Source: Histomonas meleagridis 2922-C6/04-290x (Eukaryota > Protista > Parabasalia). From it: DNA of 64,000 nucleotides. Positions 1 through 11,703 of this stretch are shown in pieces (the stretch's first letter is position 1; each line of letters begins with the position of its first letter). Both the position numbers and the translations under genes were made by a program. Location of the stretch: assembly GCA_020184695.1 (NCBI GenBank), contig JAANOX010000099.1, positions 62,001-126,000 on the forward strand, given 5' to 3'. The notes under the pieces were generated by a model. It saw only the letters and a program-made list of their open reading frames with translations. It was not told the origin of the DNA and did not search any database.

Positions 1-1484
1 TGTTCAATGTTAATATTTTTTACTTGTTCTATAATAAAACCTGATTCTTGTAATTGAAGAATTTCTTCAAATACATCTTTAGCAAAATATTGATATAAAC
101 TAGTGGGAATAGGTAATGAAATAATCGTAAATTTAGAGATTACTAATTGGGCACGTTTAACTCCATCAGGTAAATCAAATTTAACTGTTTCAAATTTTGT
201 CCATTTTGGTGCTTCTACAATTTCTTTAATAGGATCACTTTCTCTTTTAATATATTTAAGATTAATTACGATTTTAATTGCTAATATAAAAATGGTTTTA
301 TATATATCATTGTTTTGTGTAATTTCATTCATTCTTTGAACTTTAATTTCATTTTCATGTTGTTTATAAATAGCATTCGAAAGTTTTGTTGTAACACTAT
401 TAATGTTTCTAATTGGATGTTGTGTAATTAATATACCATTAGATGTACCATATCCATAAAAATTCTTAAGATTTCCTATGACATATGAATAACCATCATA
501 TAATGAAGCAAATTTCGATTTAATTAGACTTTCATCATTATTCATATTAGGTATATATGTAATCTTTGTTAGATCCGAACTTGAATTAATAAATTTATAT
601 GGAATTTCAGTAAGTTCTTCAAATTTTTGATTGGTAGAAAAACTCTTCTTAATTACAATGGGCGCTGACATAATAATTGGTATAAGCATAAAATCAGATA
701 CAGCTTTATACGAATAATAAAGAATTTGACTACATGAAATAGATTGATTGTTTCGAATTTTTGGATTAAAATTCTTTGAATTAATATTAGGCTCACCTAA
801 AAATCTTCTTGACAATGAAAATGTGTTTTTCGAGAGATTTTTTAAATTTAATATTTGGCTCAAGTTGATATATGAAAAATTACTTGAGTAATACATTTGT
901 AATATTTCAATGTCTTTTTGATCTTTGATATAAAATTGCGTTGACATAAGGAAACTATAAATAGTTGGATTAGGAACATTATCTACATAATGAATACATA
1001 AAATACCTTTTTTGGAACATATTAAAAATAAAGAAATTTGATTGTGATCGATTTGTTGGAGTTCAATTAATAGAGGTGGGGTTTGATAGTGTATTTGAAG
1101 ATAGTAAAAAAGTTCTTTATCAGTTGATTCAATATATGTTACTGGAACTTTGGCTCTTGGATAAAAATCAACTATGACTTCCTTCTTATTTGGCCAGCTA
1201 TGCTTAGAAAATTTATCTGATATGAGTGTTTGATTTTTTGAAAAGCGTAGAAAATATGGTAATTTGTCAAATGTTAACGATGGTTGAATCCCTTGATTAT
1301 AAGTAATTGTAATAATGGGGTTTATGTTATTTGGGCTATTAAAAGGCTGGTTTGTATATGGCTGATTGTAATTTATTGGATTAATATTTGGTGGATAAAT
1401 AATAAGCTGGTCTGGTCCTTGGTTAAAATTTGTGGGGAACCCATTTATTTGATCAGAGGTGGAGTAACCTGCGTAGTTAGTCAT
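1..1484 (-). CDS. Hypothetical protein, 5' part only; ORF runs off the left edge of the window
   Basis: Manual translation from ATG at 1484 (MTNYAGYSTSDQINGF...). The frame at the window edge (...IIEQVKNINIE) is the same frame as the ATG. It is absent from the ORF track, presumably because there is no stop in the window. I did not check every codon in the middle. Confidence 0.6.
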   Translation of the reverse strand, partial: MTNYAGYSTSDQINGFPTNFNQGPDQLIIYPPNINPINYNQPYTNQPFNSPNNINPIITITYNQGIQPSLTFDKLPYFLRFSKNQTLISDKFSKHSWPNKKEVIVDFYPRAKVPVTYIESTDKELFYYLQIHYQTPPLLIELQQIDHNQISLFLICSKKGILCIHYVDNVPNPTIYSFLMSTQFYIKDQKDIEILQMYYSSNFSYINLSQILNLKNLSKNTFSLSRRFLGEPNINSKNFNPKIRNNQSISCSQILYYSYKAVSDFMLIPIIMSAPIVIKKSFSTNQKFEELTEIPYKFINSSSDLTKITYIPNMNNDESLIKSKFASLYDGYSYVIGNLKNFYGYGTSNGILITQHPIRNINSVTTKLSNAIYKQHENEIKVQRMNEITQNNDIYKTIFILAIKIVINLKYIKRESDPIKEIVEAPKWTKFETVKFDLPDGVKRAQLVISKFTIISLPIPTSLYQYFAKDVFEEILQLQESGFIIEQVKNINIE

Positions 1485-1875
1485 TTTTTTGAAAGTATGC
1501 CACAACTTACACCCCTCATTCTGATTTTATTATCGGCGACGGTTTTATACGCAATTCCCAAACAAAACTTGTCAAAATATGATAGAAAAAACGAAAAACA
1601 CTTTTTAATTGCATTTTGATCGGAGATTCTTCAAATATTGGATTTGAACTAAAAATGATCGTTTTGCATTTTAATTTTTGACTACAAAAGTTTTTGGTTA
1701 AAATCTTTATTCTTATCTTCTTTTTCATTATATCGACAGAATAATTTAACTACTTTGTTTATGTATTGGGTACTTCGTGTAAAATAATATTTATTTTATT
1801 AAATTAAAGAATTTTCCTTTTCGCTTTTTTGAAGAAAAGACTATCAACCGTTTATAGCCGCCAGGAATTCATACA

Positions 1876-3006
1876 ATGTCTTCAGGAAGTGGGATTTCTG
1901 CAAGCGACTACATTCGTCAAGGCGTCATTGGACGCGGTAATTTTGGTGTTGTTTTTAAAGCAATTTGTAAGAAAACAAATGAAATTGTAGCAATCAAAGA
2001 AATTGATCTTGAAGAAAGTGATGACGATTTAATTGAAATACAAAGGGAAATCGACATGCTTCGTTCATGTGAATCAGAGTATGTCGTTCATTATTATGGT
2101 TGTACACTTGTTGGCACTAAATTATGGATTGTGATGGAAATGATGGGTGGTGGTTCTGTTCGTGAACTCATTCAAATCAAAGTCATGCCTGAACCTCAAA
2201 TTGCCATTGTTCTTTCTCAAGTTCTACATGCTCTTGATTTTCTTCATCGCCGTAGAAAAATTCATAGAGACATTAAAGCAGCCAATATTCTTCTTAATAA
2301 CAAAGGCGATGTCAAGCTAGCTGATTTTGGTGTAGCTTCATCACTTGAAGCACGTAACAAAGCATTTACATTTGTTGGTACACCATTTTGGATGGCACCA
2401 GAAGTTATAATGGAAAGTGGGCATGATGAAAAATGTGACATATGGTCACTTGGCATTACTGCCATTGAGATGGCCACAGGCCTTCCACCATATGCTGATA
2501 TGCATCCACAACGTGTTCTTATGCTTATTCCACAGAATGCCCCACCCACACTTGAAGGTGATTTCTCGCCCCAGTTCAAAGACTTTGTCTCCAAATGCCT
2601 CACGAAAGACCCTAAACTTCGTCCAAGTGCCAGCACACTTTTGGGGCACCCCTTTATAAAAAGTGCCAAGCGTAAAGATCTTATCGTCGAGTACATTGAA
2701 CAAGTGAAACCATATTCTTCACAAGTAAACAATGAAGAAGAAGAGTACGAAGAAGAAGAAGAGGAAGAAGATCAAAATGATTTCTGGGTATTTGATACAG
2801 TCCATGTGGAATCTAAGCCGAAAACGAATCAAAGTAATACAAATAAATATCTTGAAGCACTTGAGTCAGCTATATTAAGTACTTCAAGAGATCAAAGATT
2901 CGCACAAGTTAATGAGCCGCTGACTAAATTGGGCGGATTGTTTGTGTTGTGCGATTCACGTTGTCCTGGATTTGCGGAGGACTTCGTGAAGGCATTATTG
3001 GAATAA
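1876..3006 (+). CDS. STE20-family (MST3/4/STK25-like) Ser/Thr protein kinase
   Basis: Motifs GRGNFG, VAIK, HRDIKAANILL, DFG, TFVGTPFWMAPE (STE20 signature), followed by an acidic linker. An Inr-like TCATA lies just before the ATG. Confidence 0.93.
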   Translation: MSSGSGISASDYIRQGVIGRGNFGVVFKAICKKTNEIVAIKEIDLEESDDDLIEIQREIDMLRSCESEYVVHYYGCTLVGTKLWIVMEMMGGGSVRELIQIKVMPEPQIAIVLSQVLHALDFLHRRRKIHRDIKAANILLNNKGDVKLADFGVASSLEARNKAFTFVGTPFWMAPEVIMESGHDEKCDIWSLGITAIEMATGLPPYADMHPQRVLMLIPQNAPPTLEGDFSPQFKDFVSKCLTKDPKLRPSASTLLGHPFIKSAKRKDLIVEYIEQVKPYSSQVNNEEEEYEEEEEEEDQNDFWVFDTVHVESKPKTNQSNTNKYLEALESAILSTSRDQRFAQVNEPLTKLGGLFVLCDSRCPGFAEDFVKALLE

Positions 3007-3723
3007 TGGATGAAGGAAGTGTTTATGTGTGGATGTTCCTGCTCATTGTTCCTAATGAAAGAACACAAAATTATATTTGAAACAGAATTTAATATGTTGT
3101 CAATGAATTTATTTGATTTTGTTGAATTTATAAAGAAATATATTATAATAAAAATGAGTTAAGTTGAAGGTTATCAATGTATATTTACATAAAAGTTGTT
3201 TAATAGTTTCATTTTGATCTCGTGTGTATTGGTTCAAAAAGAGTTAATTTGAATTATTTTTTAATTTATTTCTTTTTATAGCAATAAGAGATATTTTTTG
3301 AGAAATTTCCTACTCCCCAGTTCAGTTTTTGGTAATAAATCATTTAACTTTAGAAGGAGCTTGGTATAATAGTATCTGGTTTACTTTAGTTTATGTATGC
3401 ATCAGGTTCAAAGGCACAAAATTTCTCAATAAATGTTGGATCAATCACAAATCTTAGAATTTCAAAATATGATTTGGAAATTAAAATATTTTAATGGACA
3501 GCACTTACTTTAGCATCTAAAATTATTGCATGTTTCAAAGAAATAGCTAAATTGCACCAAGATACCTATGGCATTAACCAAATTTCTATCTCGTTCTTTT
3601 TTGTAGATTAAAAAAAAAATTGGGTATTTTTTTTAAAGTAATACTTTTAGTAAAGCTCTTTACAAAATATATAAACGAGAAAAAAAAATTGTTTCCATTA
3701 ACTTGAAAAATTTGATAAAATAT

Positions 3724-4611
3724 TTATTGAAAATGAAGTCCGCCTTCGTTAAACTTTTGTAATAATGACATGAAATCCTCAATATCTAACTGCATTGGGC
3801 GCGAGTCCATAATTAAAAGATCTTCTAGACACTTTTGAACAAACACATCAATCGGAACGTCAGTTGTCAAATTGTGCGCAATCAAAAACTGATTTCGATT
3901 CTCGTTAAGTAAGTTAAGTATCTTCTTCTTCTTGAAGGTCGCTTGGAGTGTTCTGTTTGGACGGTTAAAACAAATTTTAATTAATCCATCCCATTCATTA
4001 AAATCGATGTTTGGTTGATTCTGTCTTGGTTGGATAGTAATAACAGCACTGTCGACTTTTGGAGCAGGTACAAAGTTCTTTCTGTTGACTGACATTACTA
4101 ATTTGACATTTGCAAATAACTGTGTATTTATCGCAAGACGTCCCCAACCACCAGATCCTGGACGTGCAACAATACGCTCTGCAAACTCTTTCTGAACCAT
4201 AAGAACAGCCCTTCGGAATGTAGGCCGTGAAAGAAGTTTAAAAACAATTGCTGATGAAATATTATAAGGTATGTTTGATATACATAAATCAAATTGAGGA
4301 AGATCTACTGTTAAAACATCTGCATGAACAATTCTAAGTTGTGTTTGAAGTTGTCTTTGAAATCTTTTTTGTAATTCTACAACCATACGTGGATCCTTTT
4401 CAACAGCAATAACATTGCATCCACGAGAAAGCATTTCTTGTGTCATGTTACCATTACCTGGACCGATTTCAAGAATAACATCTCCTGGATGTGTTTCTCC
4501 GAAATCAACTATATTTTTTACGACAACTTTGCTTTTTAATAAATTTTGACCAAGACTGTGATCCATTTGGAAAAGTCCTGATTTCTTTGGTGCCCTTCTG
4601 ACTTGCGCCAT
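3724..4611 (-). CDS. DIM1: 18S rRNA dimethyladenosine transferase (KsgA/Dim1 family)
   Basis: Motifs GQNLL, LEIGPGNG, ISNIPYNISS, LMVQKEFAERI, FVPAPKVDSAV. Confidence 0.95.
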   Translation of the reverse strand: MAQVRRAPKKSGLFQMDHSLGQNLLKSKVVVKNIVDFGETHPGDVILEIGPGNGNMTQEMLSRGCNVIAVEKDPRMVVELQKRFQRQLQTQLRIVHADVLTVDLPQFDLCISNIPYNISSAIVFKLLSRPTFRRAVLMVQKEFAERIVARPGSGGWGRLAINTQLFANVKLVMSVNRKNFVPAPKVDSAVITIQPRQNQPNIDFNEWDGLIKICFNRPNRTLQATFKKKKILNLLNENRNQFLIAHNLTTDVPIDVFVQKCLEDLLIMDSRPMQLDIEDFMSLLQKFNEGGLHFQ

Positions 4612-6156
4612 ATGGAATTTTTACCAAATTTAACGACCAAAGCTAAAATCAGTTATGTGATGTGAAAATTCAAAATCGAACAAACATCGTTAAAATTGAT
4701 AACAACACTGATCAAAAAATGCCAATTGAATCAGAATCCGAAAGTAACATGATTTAAAACACAAGCTTCAATTTTCTGGAGTAAAAAAAGTGAGACCAAC
4801 ATATATTGTGTCTGAGAAAAGTATTATTAATTTCATTGAAATTGTAATTGGTTGGTATAGAGTTGAGTGTGTATTTGCTTGATATGGCGAAGATCAAATT
4901 GTAATATTGAAAAATAATTTGTATTATATAGTGTATTTGGTTTTTCCTTAGGATTTGATAAGACCTTATTTTACTATACTTGCTAAAAAAGATTTTATGA
5001 ACAAAGACAGGAGAAGAAATGCCAACATATAAACCAGAACAAATAGACTTACGTATTTTGCTTTGATTCGAGTATCCTTTTTATAAATGGATACTTAACG
5101 CACTTTTTCAATAAACTATTGACTTAAACCATGGCATATAGTATTTGGGAGAACATGCGAAAACGCAAAACAAATTCAAGTAAAAAAGAAAAAAATATAT
5201 CCCCAAAACATAGAACTAGAATTATCATCTGAGCTTGAATAAATCATAATGAATCTAACAGAAGAAAATATAAATTTGTTAGCTAAACATACAACAAAAA
5301 TATTTGATTTTAATTTACCATATTCATTTAATCTTGTTATAATGTATACATTAAATAATTTAATTTATTATGCATTTTTATCACAAAGAAATAAGTGTAC
5401 TACGTATTATAAATTTTAAGAAATAATTCAAAAAAAAAAAAAGAAGAGGAAAAAAATTAATTCTAAATACAATATTAATGAAATATTTCAGAATCTATTA
5501 TAATATTATAGATCTTATTTTATATATATAATATATATGAAATTTCAAAACCGTCAAAAATTGAATGCGATTTCACGTATCTCGAAAAATAGATTATCTT
5601 GAAAATAATGAATGATTTAAAAACACTTAATAACTAAAATTTATATCATAATTTAAAAAAATATTTGATTTAATGATAATAAATAAAGATATTTGAATTT
5701 AAAAATTATTAAAACCGTTTTGTTTCAATGAAATTATTTCTGTCATCTTATTTCAATGAAAACAGATTCCTCCCCAGTAACGAAAAAATTGAAAAAATTT
5801 TTATTAAAAACATTTGGTTCGCAGTGAGTCGTTATTAGATAGTTTCATAAATGGGCATCGGCTAGCCGATAAAAGTCGTCACAAAGTATAATTTACAATT
5901 GTTTATTAATGTATAGATTTGTATTATTTCAAAAATGTTTTTAACATTGATAGCAATTTCTTTTTATTTCGGAAACAATTGTTTTTAACAGCAATCTCTG
6001 TCCTACAGAACATAGTTGCAGATTCAAGCGCTGTTTTAAATATTTTAAATGATTTCCAAGAATTATTTTTAAAGCCAAAATTATCAAAATAAACATTATA
6101 TATAACACAAAAAATGTCTTTGACATTAAAACCAATTCTTATCTATATTTTTATAC

Positions 6157-6999
6157 TCAACTTCGCGGAGGCTTAACAAATGGATTACTTGGCTTCCTCC
6201 TTTTCTTTTTGTGGAACAAATCTTCTTCTTCATTTTTCTCTGGAACAGGTTCTGGTGGTTTAATCTCTGCTACAGGTGGAGGAAGAGGAGGAGCTGGTGC
6301 TGGTGGCGGTACAACTTGTGTTTTCTTGAACAACGTCAAAATTGGCTGAATCCAATTTGATGCTCTTTGGAGATCTTCATATGATTTTGCACCAGTCATT
6401 ATTATTTTACCTGATTCGAAGATAAGAAGTGTTACCTTTGGATCAGGGATGCGATATATTATGCCTGGAAACGTTTCTGGATTATATCTGGCAAGTTGAC
6501 GATGACCCGGATGATTTGCAATTTCTTGTAAACGAATACGAAAGTTACAAGCAATTGTGGCAACAAGATTCGTAACATTAAATTCCTCAATGCGACAATT
6601 GTAACCAACTTTTCGAAGAATTCGACAAAATTTTTTGGCTGCTTGGTATGCAACTTCTTTTTCTCTTGTTCCAACTATGTTAACTTTACCTACTTGAAAC
6701 ACCATAGCTGTAGCTTTAGGTGTTGTAATACGTAATATAACTGCTTGGAAACGTCGTGGATTAAATTCTGCATTTTTTATATGTTCTGATATTTTTAATA
6801 GATCAAAGCTATTACACATCTTAACAGAAGCAACTAAATTGACAATGTTTGGTTTCATTGAATCAATATGTTCAAGAAAATCGTCTGCATCTTCAGCCAA
6901 ATTGTCATCAGCAAGTGCACTATATCCCTCTAATGTCTTAAGGTCTTGAAGATTTAAATCACCATCATCATTAACACCAATGAATTCATAAGATTCCAT
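6157..6999 (-). CDS. TBP: TATA-box binding protein with acidic N-terminus and Pro-rich/basic C-terminal tail
   Basis: Two TBP repeats: NLVASV...AEFNPRRFQAVILRI...ATAMVFQVGK and NLVATI...YNPETFPGIIYRI...LLIFESGKIIMTGAK. Confidence 0.93.
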   Translation of the reverse strand: MESYEFIGVNDDGDLNLQDLKTLEGYSALADDNLAEDADDFLEHIDSMKPNIVNLVASVKMCNSFDLLKISEHIKNAEFNPRRFQAVILRITTPKATAMVFQVGKVNIVGTREKEVAYQAAKKFCRILRKVGYNCRIEEFNVTNLVATIACNFRIRLQEIANHPGHRQLARYNPETFPGIIYRIPDPKVTLLIFESGKIIMTGAKSYEDLQRASNWIQPILTLFKKTQVVPPPAPAPPLPPPVAEIKPPEPVPEKNEEEDLFHKKKRRKPSNPFVKPPRS

Positions 7000-7244
7000 G
7001 GGTTAATAATAGTTAATCTTGGATGAAATGTTTAGTAAAAAAAATTCCCTGACCAAGAAACCGTTTAATACTCTTTGATCCAAACAGAAAAAAGCATGAC
7101 TTCACACTTCCCACTTTTTGATAGAATTCATAGAATTTATTGTGTATGGTATATCAAAAAGTGAGTTTTACAACAAGTAGATTAAATACCTAAATTTCTG
7201 AATAGGAGTTTTTATCTATCACGGATAAAACTGTGGGGGAAAAT

Positions 7245-7486
7245 TATAATAATATAATAATATAATAATATAATAATATAATAATATAATAATATAATAA
7301 TATAATAATATAATAATATAATAATATAATAATATAATAATATAATAATATAATAATATAATAATATAATAATATAATAATATAATAATATAATAATATA
7401 ATAATATAATAATATAATAATATAATAATATAATAATATAATAATATAATAATATAATAATATAATAATATAATAATATAATAATA
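7245..7486. repeat. Perfect 8-bp microsatellite (AATATAAT)n, about 30 copies
   Basis: Period of 8 nt is directly visible, and gives the 8-aa period YYYIIILL in the spurious ORF 7244-7522. Confidence 0.95.
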
Positions 7487-7621
7487 CAAATATAAGCTCA
7501 GCATTGAGTGCAGGTAACCCAAATAATATCTTTCTCGAAACGAAAATTATATTAATGATTCAATTCCCTATTCCACCATTACATATCAAACATTTCAAAC
7601 ATTTATAAATATATCTCTAAA

Positions 7622-8548
7622 CTATGCGAAGTAATCCAACACAGCCTTTTTCTTTGCCTGCACCTGTGCTATTCCTTCTACGTAATCATTATGTACGATT
7701 TCGTCTGCGTTTCTTCTTAATGCCACCATTCCCGCCTCGACGCACACAGCCTTTAGCATTGCTCCATTAAAGTCTTCTGTCGATCTCGCCAACTCCCTAA
7801 AGTTAACGTCGTTGCCCGTCTTCATTTTGCGCTAATGGATTTCCAATATTTGCACCCGCGCGTCTTCATTCGGTAGCGGCAGCTCTATTTTCCTGTCCAA
7901 TCTCCCGGACCTCATCAGTGCGGGGTCAAGTGTGTCGGGCCGTCCTTTCGGTGGTTGGATTCCAAGCTTCTTAATACGCTCTTTGGAGGGAGATATAAGA
8001 GGTAAAACTACTGCTTCTTTAAGTTCTTGGATTTGTTTTTCTAATCCACCAACTTGATCATACGTTTCAGTCGGCTTGGAATCAACTTCCATGGCTTTCA
8101 CTCGTGAATCAAAATGTTGGGGAAGCTTCTCAAATATGAGATATGAATCTTTGGAAAGTCCAACCATATCAGATGGCTGAAGATCTGATGCATCAACTAA
8201 TCCAGGAACAGGGAGAAAAACTGTCTCACGAGTAGTGGTTTTGACAACGGCGGACTTGGAGTCAAGTCCACGATAAACACTATCAGAAGATTCATCAGAA
8301 TCAAGTGAAAGTACTTCAACAACATGAGCAACAAGAAATGGAAGTGTACGGTTAAGACGTATCTTTTCATTATTGGAACGAATATCTTCTTCCATATGAG
8401 TCTTTTGATTTTGGTATTGACGTACCATGTTACGATATGCATTGATTTTGTTTTCGAGTATCATGTTTTGTTGTTCAATTTCTTTCGCTGATTTTTGTTC
8501 CATTTTTTTTATTTGATCATCTATGATCCAGTTTGTGAAATCATCCAT
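7622..8548 (-). pseudogene. RPT5: 26S proteasome AAA-ATPase RPT5 (subunit 6A) copy lacking the Walker A/B core and carrying an in-frame TAG
   Basis: N-terminal coiled coil/OB region (LPFLVAHVVEVL, FLPVPGLVD, VGGLEKQIQELKEAVVLP). GIQPPKG is joined directly to RPDTLDPALMRSGRLDRKIE. TAG at 7832-7834 replaces the Ser of IH(S)RKM. The C-terminus [16 protein letters not shown]...LDYFA continues in the same frame. Confidence 0.8.
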
Positions 8549-9299
8549 TTTGAAAAATTGACTATCTTTGTTTGTTTTCACATGAAATTTCTTTGTTTTA
8601 AATTTGACATCAGCAAAATTTTTGGAATGTTTTGAACAATGAATAAAATATATTTGAAGATTATTATTGAGTGCATATAAGATATTTTTATTTAAATTTT
8701 TTACATGGAATGAATATATAATCATGCATGATATCTTAAAAGTAAATTTATTTAAAATTAGAATTTAAAATAAAATTAATATTAATTTATCTATTCTATA
8801 ATTATGCATTATTAATGATATATTTAAAAATTATTTATTTTTGAATTTGTTGAAAACTAAGAGAAAATGTTAGCGCTGTCTTTCTATAGAAAGAAGAGGT
8901 ATACATCATGAATCATTTCATTATGAAAAAATTGCTAATAAAATGCTGTAAAAATATTTAGAATTTTAAAATTAATTTTTCATAGTTGTTTGAAAGTAGA
9001 CATTTTTTCAAGGCGACTTTATATATAATATATATTGTATATACATTATTATTTAGTTTGAATATTTTTATCCAAACTATATTATGTATATAATCCATAT
9101 TGTATATGCATACATAGACTAAAGTAAACAAATACCAAGTTCCATTTCACTGTTAAAGTTTAACAATGGTTGTAATCATTTTATTGATTTGTTCAGTTGG
9201 GTACGTATGAAACCCCTCAAAAATTTTGCTATTAAAAAATTAGAAACATTAATTTATACTGATTTATTATTGTAAAAATTTTATATAATATGAAAATCA

Positions 9300-10235
9300 T
9301 TATCTTTTTGTGGTAGAAGTATTGCTACCAGTACCACCAAAACCAGAACCAAAACCAGTACTACCAGTACCAGAACCAGTACTACCAAAACCAGTACTAC
9401 CAGTACCAAAACCACCAGAACCAAATCCAAATCCAAATCCAAAACCTGTGCCCTGCGTTTGAACAGGTTTAGTAGAATTTCCAAGCAAATCTGATTCTTC
9501 GTTCCGCTTTGTAACTTTTCGCTTCCTATCATTAAGAAACTGTTTATACTTTACTTGAATGTTTTGTTGGTAAGAACTTTCAAACTGATAATCACTGAAA
9601 TCTAATTGAGAATGTGATACGTTTAATTTAGATTCAAGTTCTGATCTTACCGACGTAAGTTTTGCTTGTACTTGGGAAACACGTGCTGAGCATCTAACAA
9701 TTGCTTCGTGTTCTTGTGATAAAAGATCGACCATGACCTGCGATGAATTTGTGGTTATCTTTTGTTGTGGCTGAAGATATCTTCCAGCAGAAGCTAACAT
9801 GTTCTCTAGATCAATGGCCATCTTGTTGATTTTTGCAACATATCTCCTAATGAAAGGAGTTGGAGGATCTCCAATATGTGAAGAATTTGTAAGGTCTGAT
9901 TTTGCTATGTTTAACTCACTTTGGAGTTCTTCTAATTCTGCTTTTCCGTGGTCAATGTTGTTTGCAACTGATGTTAATTTTGTAAGAAGTTCATTCACTG
10001 TTTCTTTTTTAATGCTTTCTACTAAACTTTCAATATTTTTTGATGAATATGTAGTTGACTTTGCAGCTGGTTCTTTATGTGCTTGAATTGTTTTGTATAC
10101 ATCAAGAAAATCTTTCTTTAAATCATTTGGTAATTCTGTTAGGAGCATATGTTCTGACATCTGGAATGGTGGTTTTTCTTCTTTTGGTTGCTGATTAAAA
10201 GATCCCCAATTAAATGTAAATCCACCAAAGGACAT
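9300..10235 (-). CDS. Putative FG nucleoporin (central coiled-coil region with FG-rich ends, Nup58/Nup54-like layout)
   Basis: Starts MSFGGFTFNWGSF, has a helical/coiled-coil middle, and ends in GFGFGFGFGSGGFG...GFGSGFGG. Assignment to a specific Nup is inference. Confidence 0.6.
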   Translation of the reverse strand: MSFGGFTFNWGSFNQQPKEEKPPFQMSEHMLLTELPNDLKKDFLDVYKTIQAHKEPAAKSTTYSSKNIESLVESIKKETVNELLTKLTSVANNIDHGKAELEELQSELNIAKSDLTNSSHIGDPPTPFIRRYVAKINKMAIDLENMLASAGRYLQPQQKITTNSSQVMVDLLSQEHEAIVRCSARVSQVQAKLTSVRSELESKLNVSHSQLDFSDYQFESSYQQNIQVKYKQFLNDRKRKVTKRNEESDLLGNSTKPVQTQGTGFGFGFGFGSGGFGTGSTGFGSTGSGTGSTGFGSGFGGTGSNTSTTKR

Positions 10236-11477
10236 TTCAAAAAGTGTCAGGAATAGGGGCACCCCAATTTCCTGGGAAAAAATCGAAATTTTCAAAAATC
10301 AAAAATCGCTTTTGCTAAATTCTGCATAAAAAACACTTTAACACATCTCTTAAATAACGAAGAAAAAATTAAAAATTATTTAATAACACAAAAGGTTTCC
10401 TTAACGCAATATGCCTCCATGGAGAAGGTGAACGACCTGAACTCGATGTAACTACAACTGTGGTACCACAGTAATCCCACAGTGGAGAACAAAAAAGTCT
10501 TGTTAGCACAAATGGGTATGACAATGTTTTTGCTTTCCAAAGAAAGCCAAGCTCCGAGAGTTATAGCGCGAAGCCAAAACATATGATGTAGTTTCAGAAA
10601 TGCGAGCGATTGTAGATGAAATGGTTGAAATTGCGAGATTCGATTGGAGCAACAATTCCTAAGATTGATTTATCCACGATCAGATAATAATCTGAATAAC
10701 TCGTGGTTAGTCTTATGCGGCTCATCAACTGATAATGCATACATAGCATATGCGCCTGTTACAAATTCAGCATTTAAAATGGGCTTTAGCTATGGACAAC
10801 CATCCAGTTGTCCAAGTTCATGATGCATTAGCTTATCGTAATTGGAAGTACAACATTTACATACTCAGTCGCATCCACTAGTTCTAGTACAGTAAGTAAC
10901 GTAATGGAAACGTATTCTATTGATTCGGATGCTGCCGAAATTTAAGTAAATGAAAATAATAACCATAAAAATGTATAAGTTTTTGTTTAAATGTTAATTC
11001 GTTATGCACAACATTTTATGTATTATTTCATTCAGTGTGATGTTTTTAATTTAATTCACATAAAAAATATATTGGAATTCCAAGCAAAGATGAATAAATT
11101 GATCAAGAATTCACTCAACTTTTTGGTAATGATGTTGATGATCAATGATAAGAAAATACTATTCAGATGAAAATATATATGAATCCTTTTATCGAAAAAC
11201 ATTTAATTATTAATTCCACAATGATTCATATATTTTTTCTATTTAATTGATTCTGAGTAGTTTCATTCTGTATTATTTTCTTTTATCTCATACTGTGCGA
11301 TATTAATATTTAATTTTTTGTTTATATTGTTTCTGATTTGATTTTATATACAGTAATATTAAAATTTGATGTATACCTTATAATATTTTAATTTGATTCA
11401 TCATATTTTCTGTTTATTGATTTTAAAAAGATGTATATACTAAGTTTAATCATTTTCTGTTTTAACTTTTGAGTTTG

Positions 11478-11508
<31 letters not shown>

Positions 11509-11703
11509 TTTTTTTTTCTTTCCAGCAAATTCAAAAGATCACAGCAACAAAGTAAGTTTATCCGATTTTAATTTGATAATCTTATATAATTCATTCTGTG
11601 TATTTTTTTTTCTTTTGATTCACTTTCGAAACATTTTATAACAAAATCGGCTCTTACAAACTTTAATAAATTTTACATTAATTACATTTTACTTTCACGT
11701 TAC

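Noticed and set aside
7244-7522. 92-aa YYYIIILL ORF
   Set aside because: Translation of the octamer microsatellite.
10700-10742. Possible short spliceosomal intron on the minus strand (GTATGC...GACTAACCACGAG)
   Set aside because: The 3' end deviates from the trichomonad ACTAACACACAG-type motif, and I found no flanking ORF that its removal would restore.
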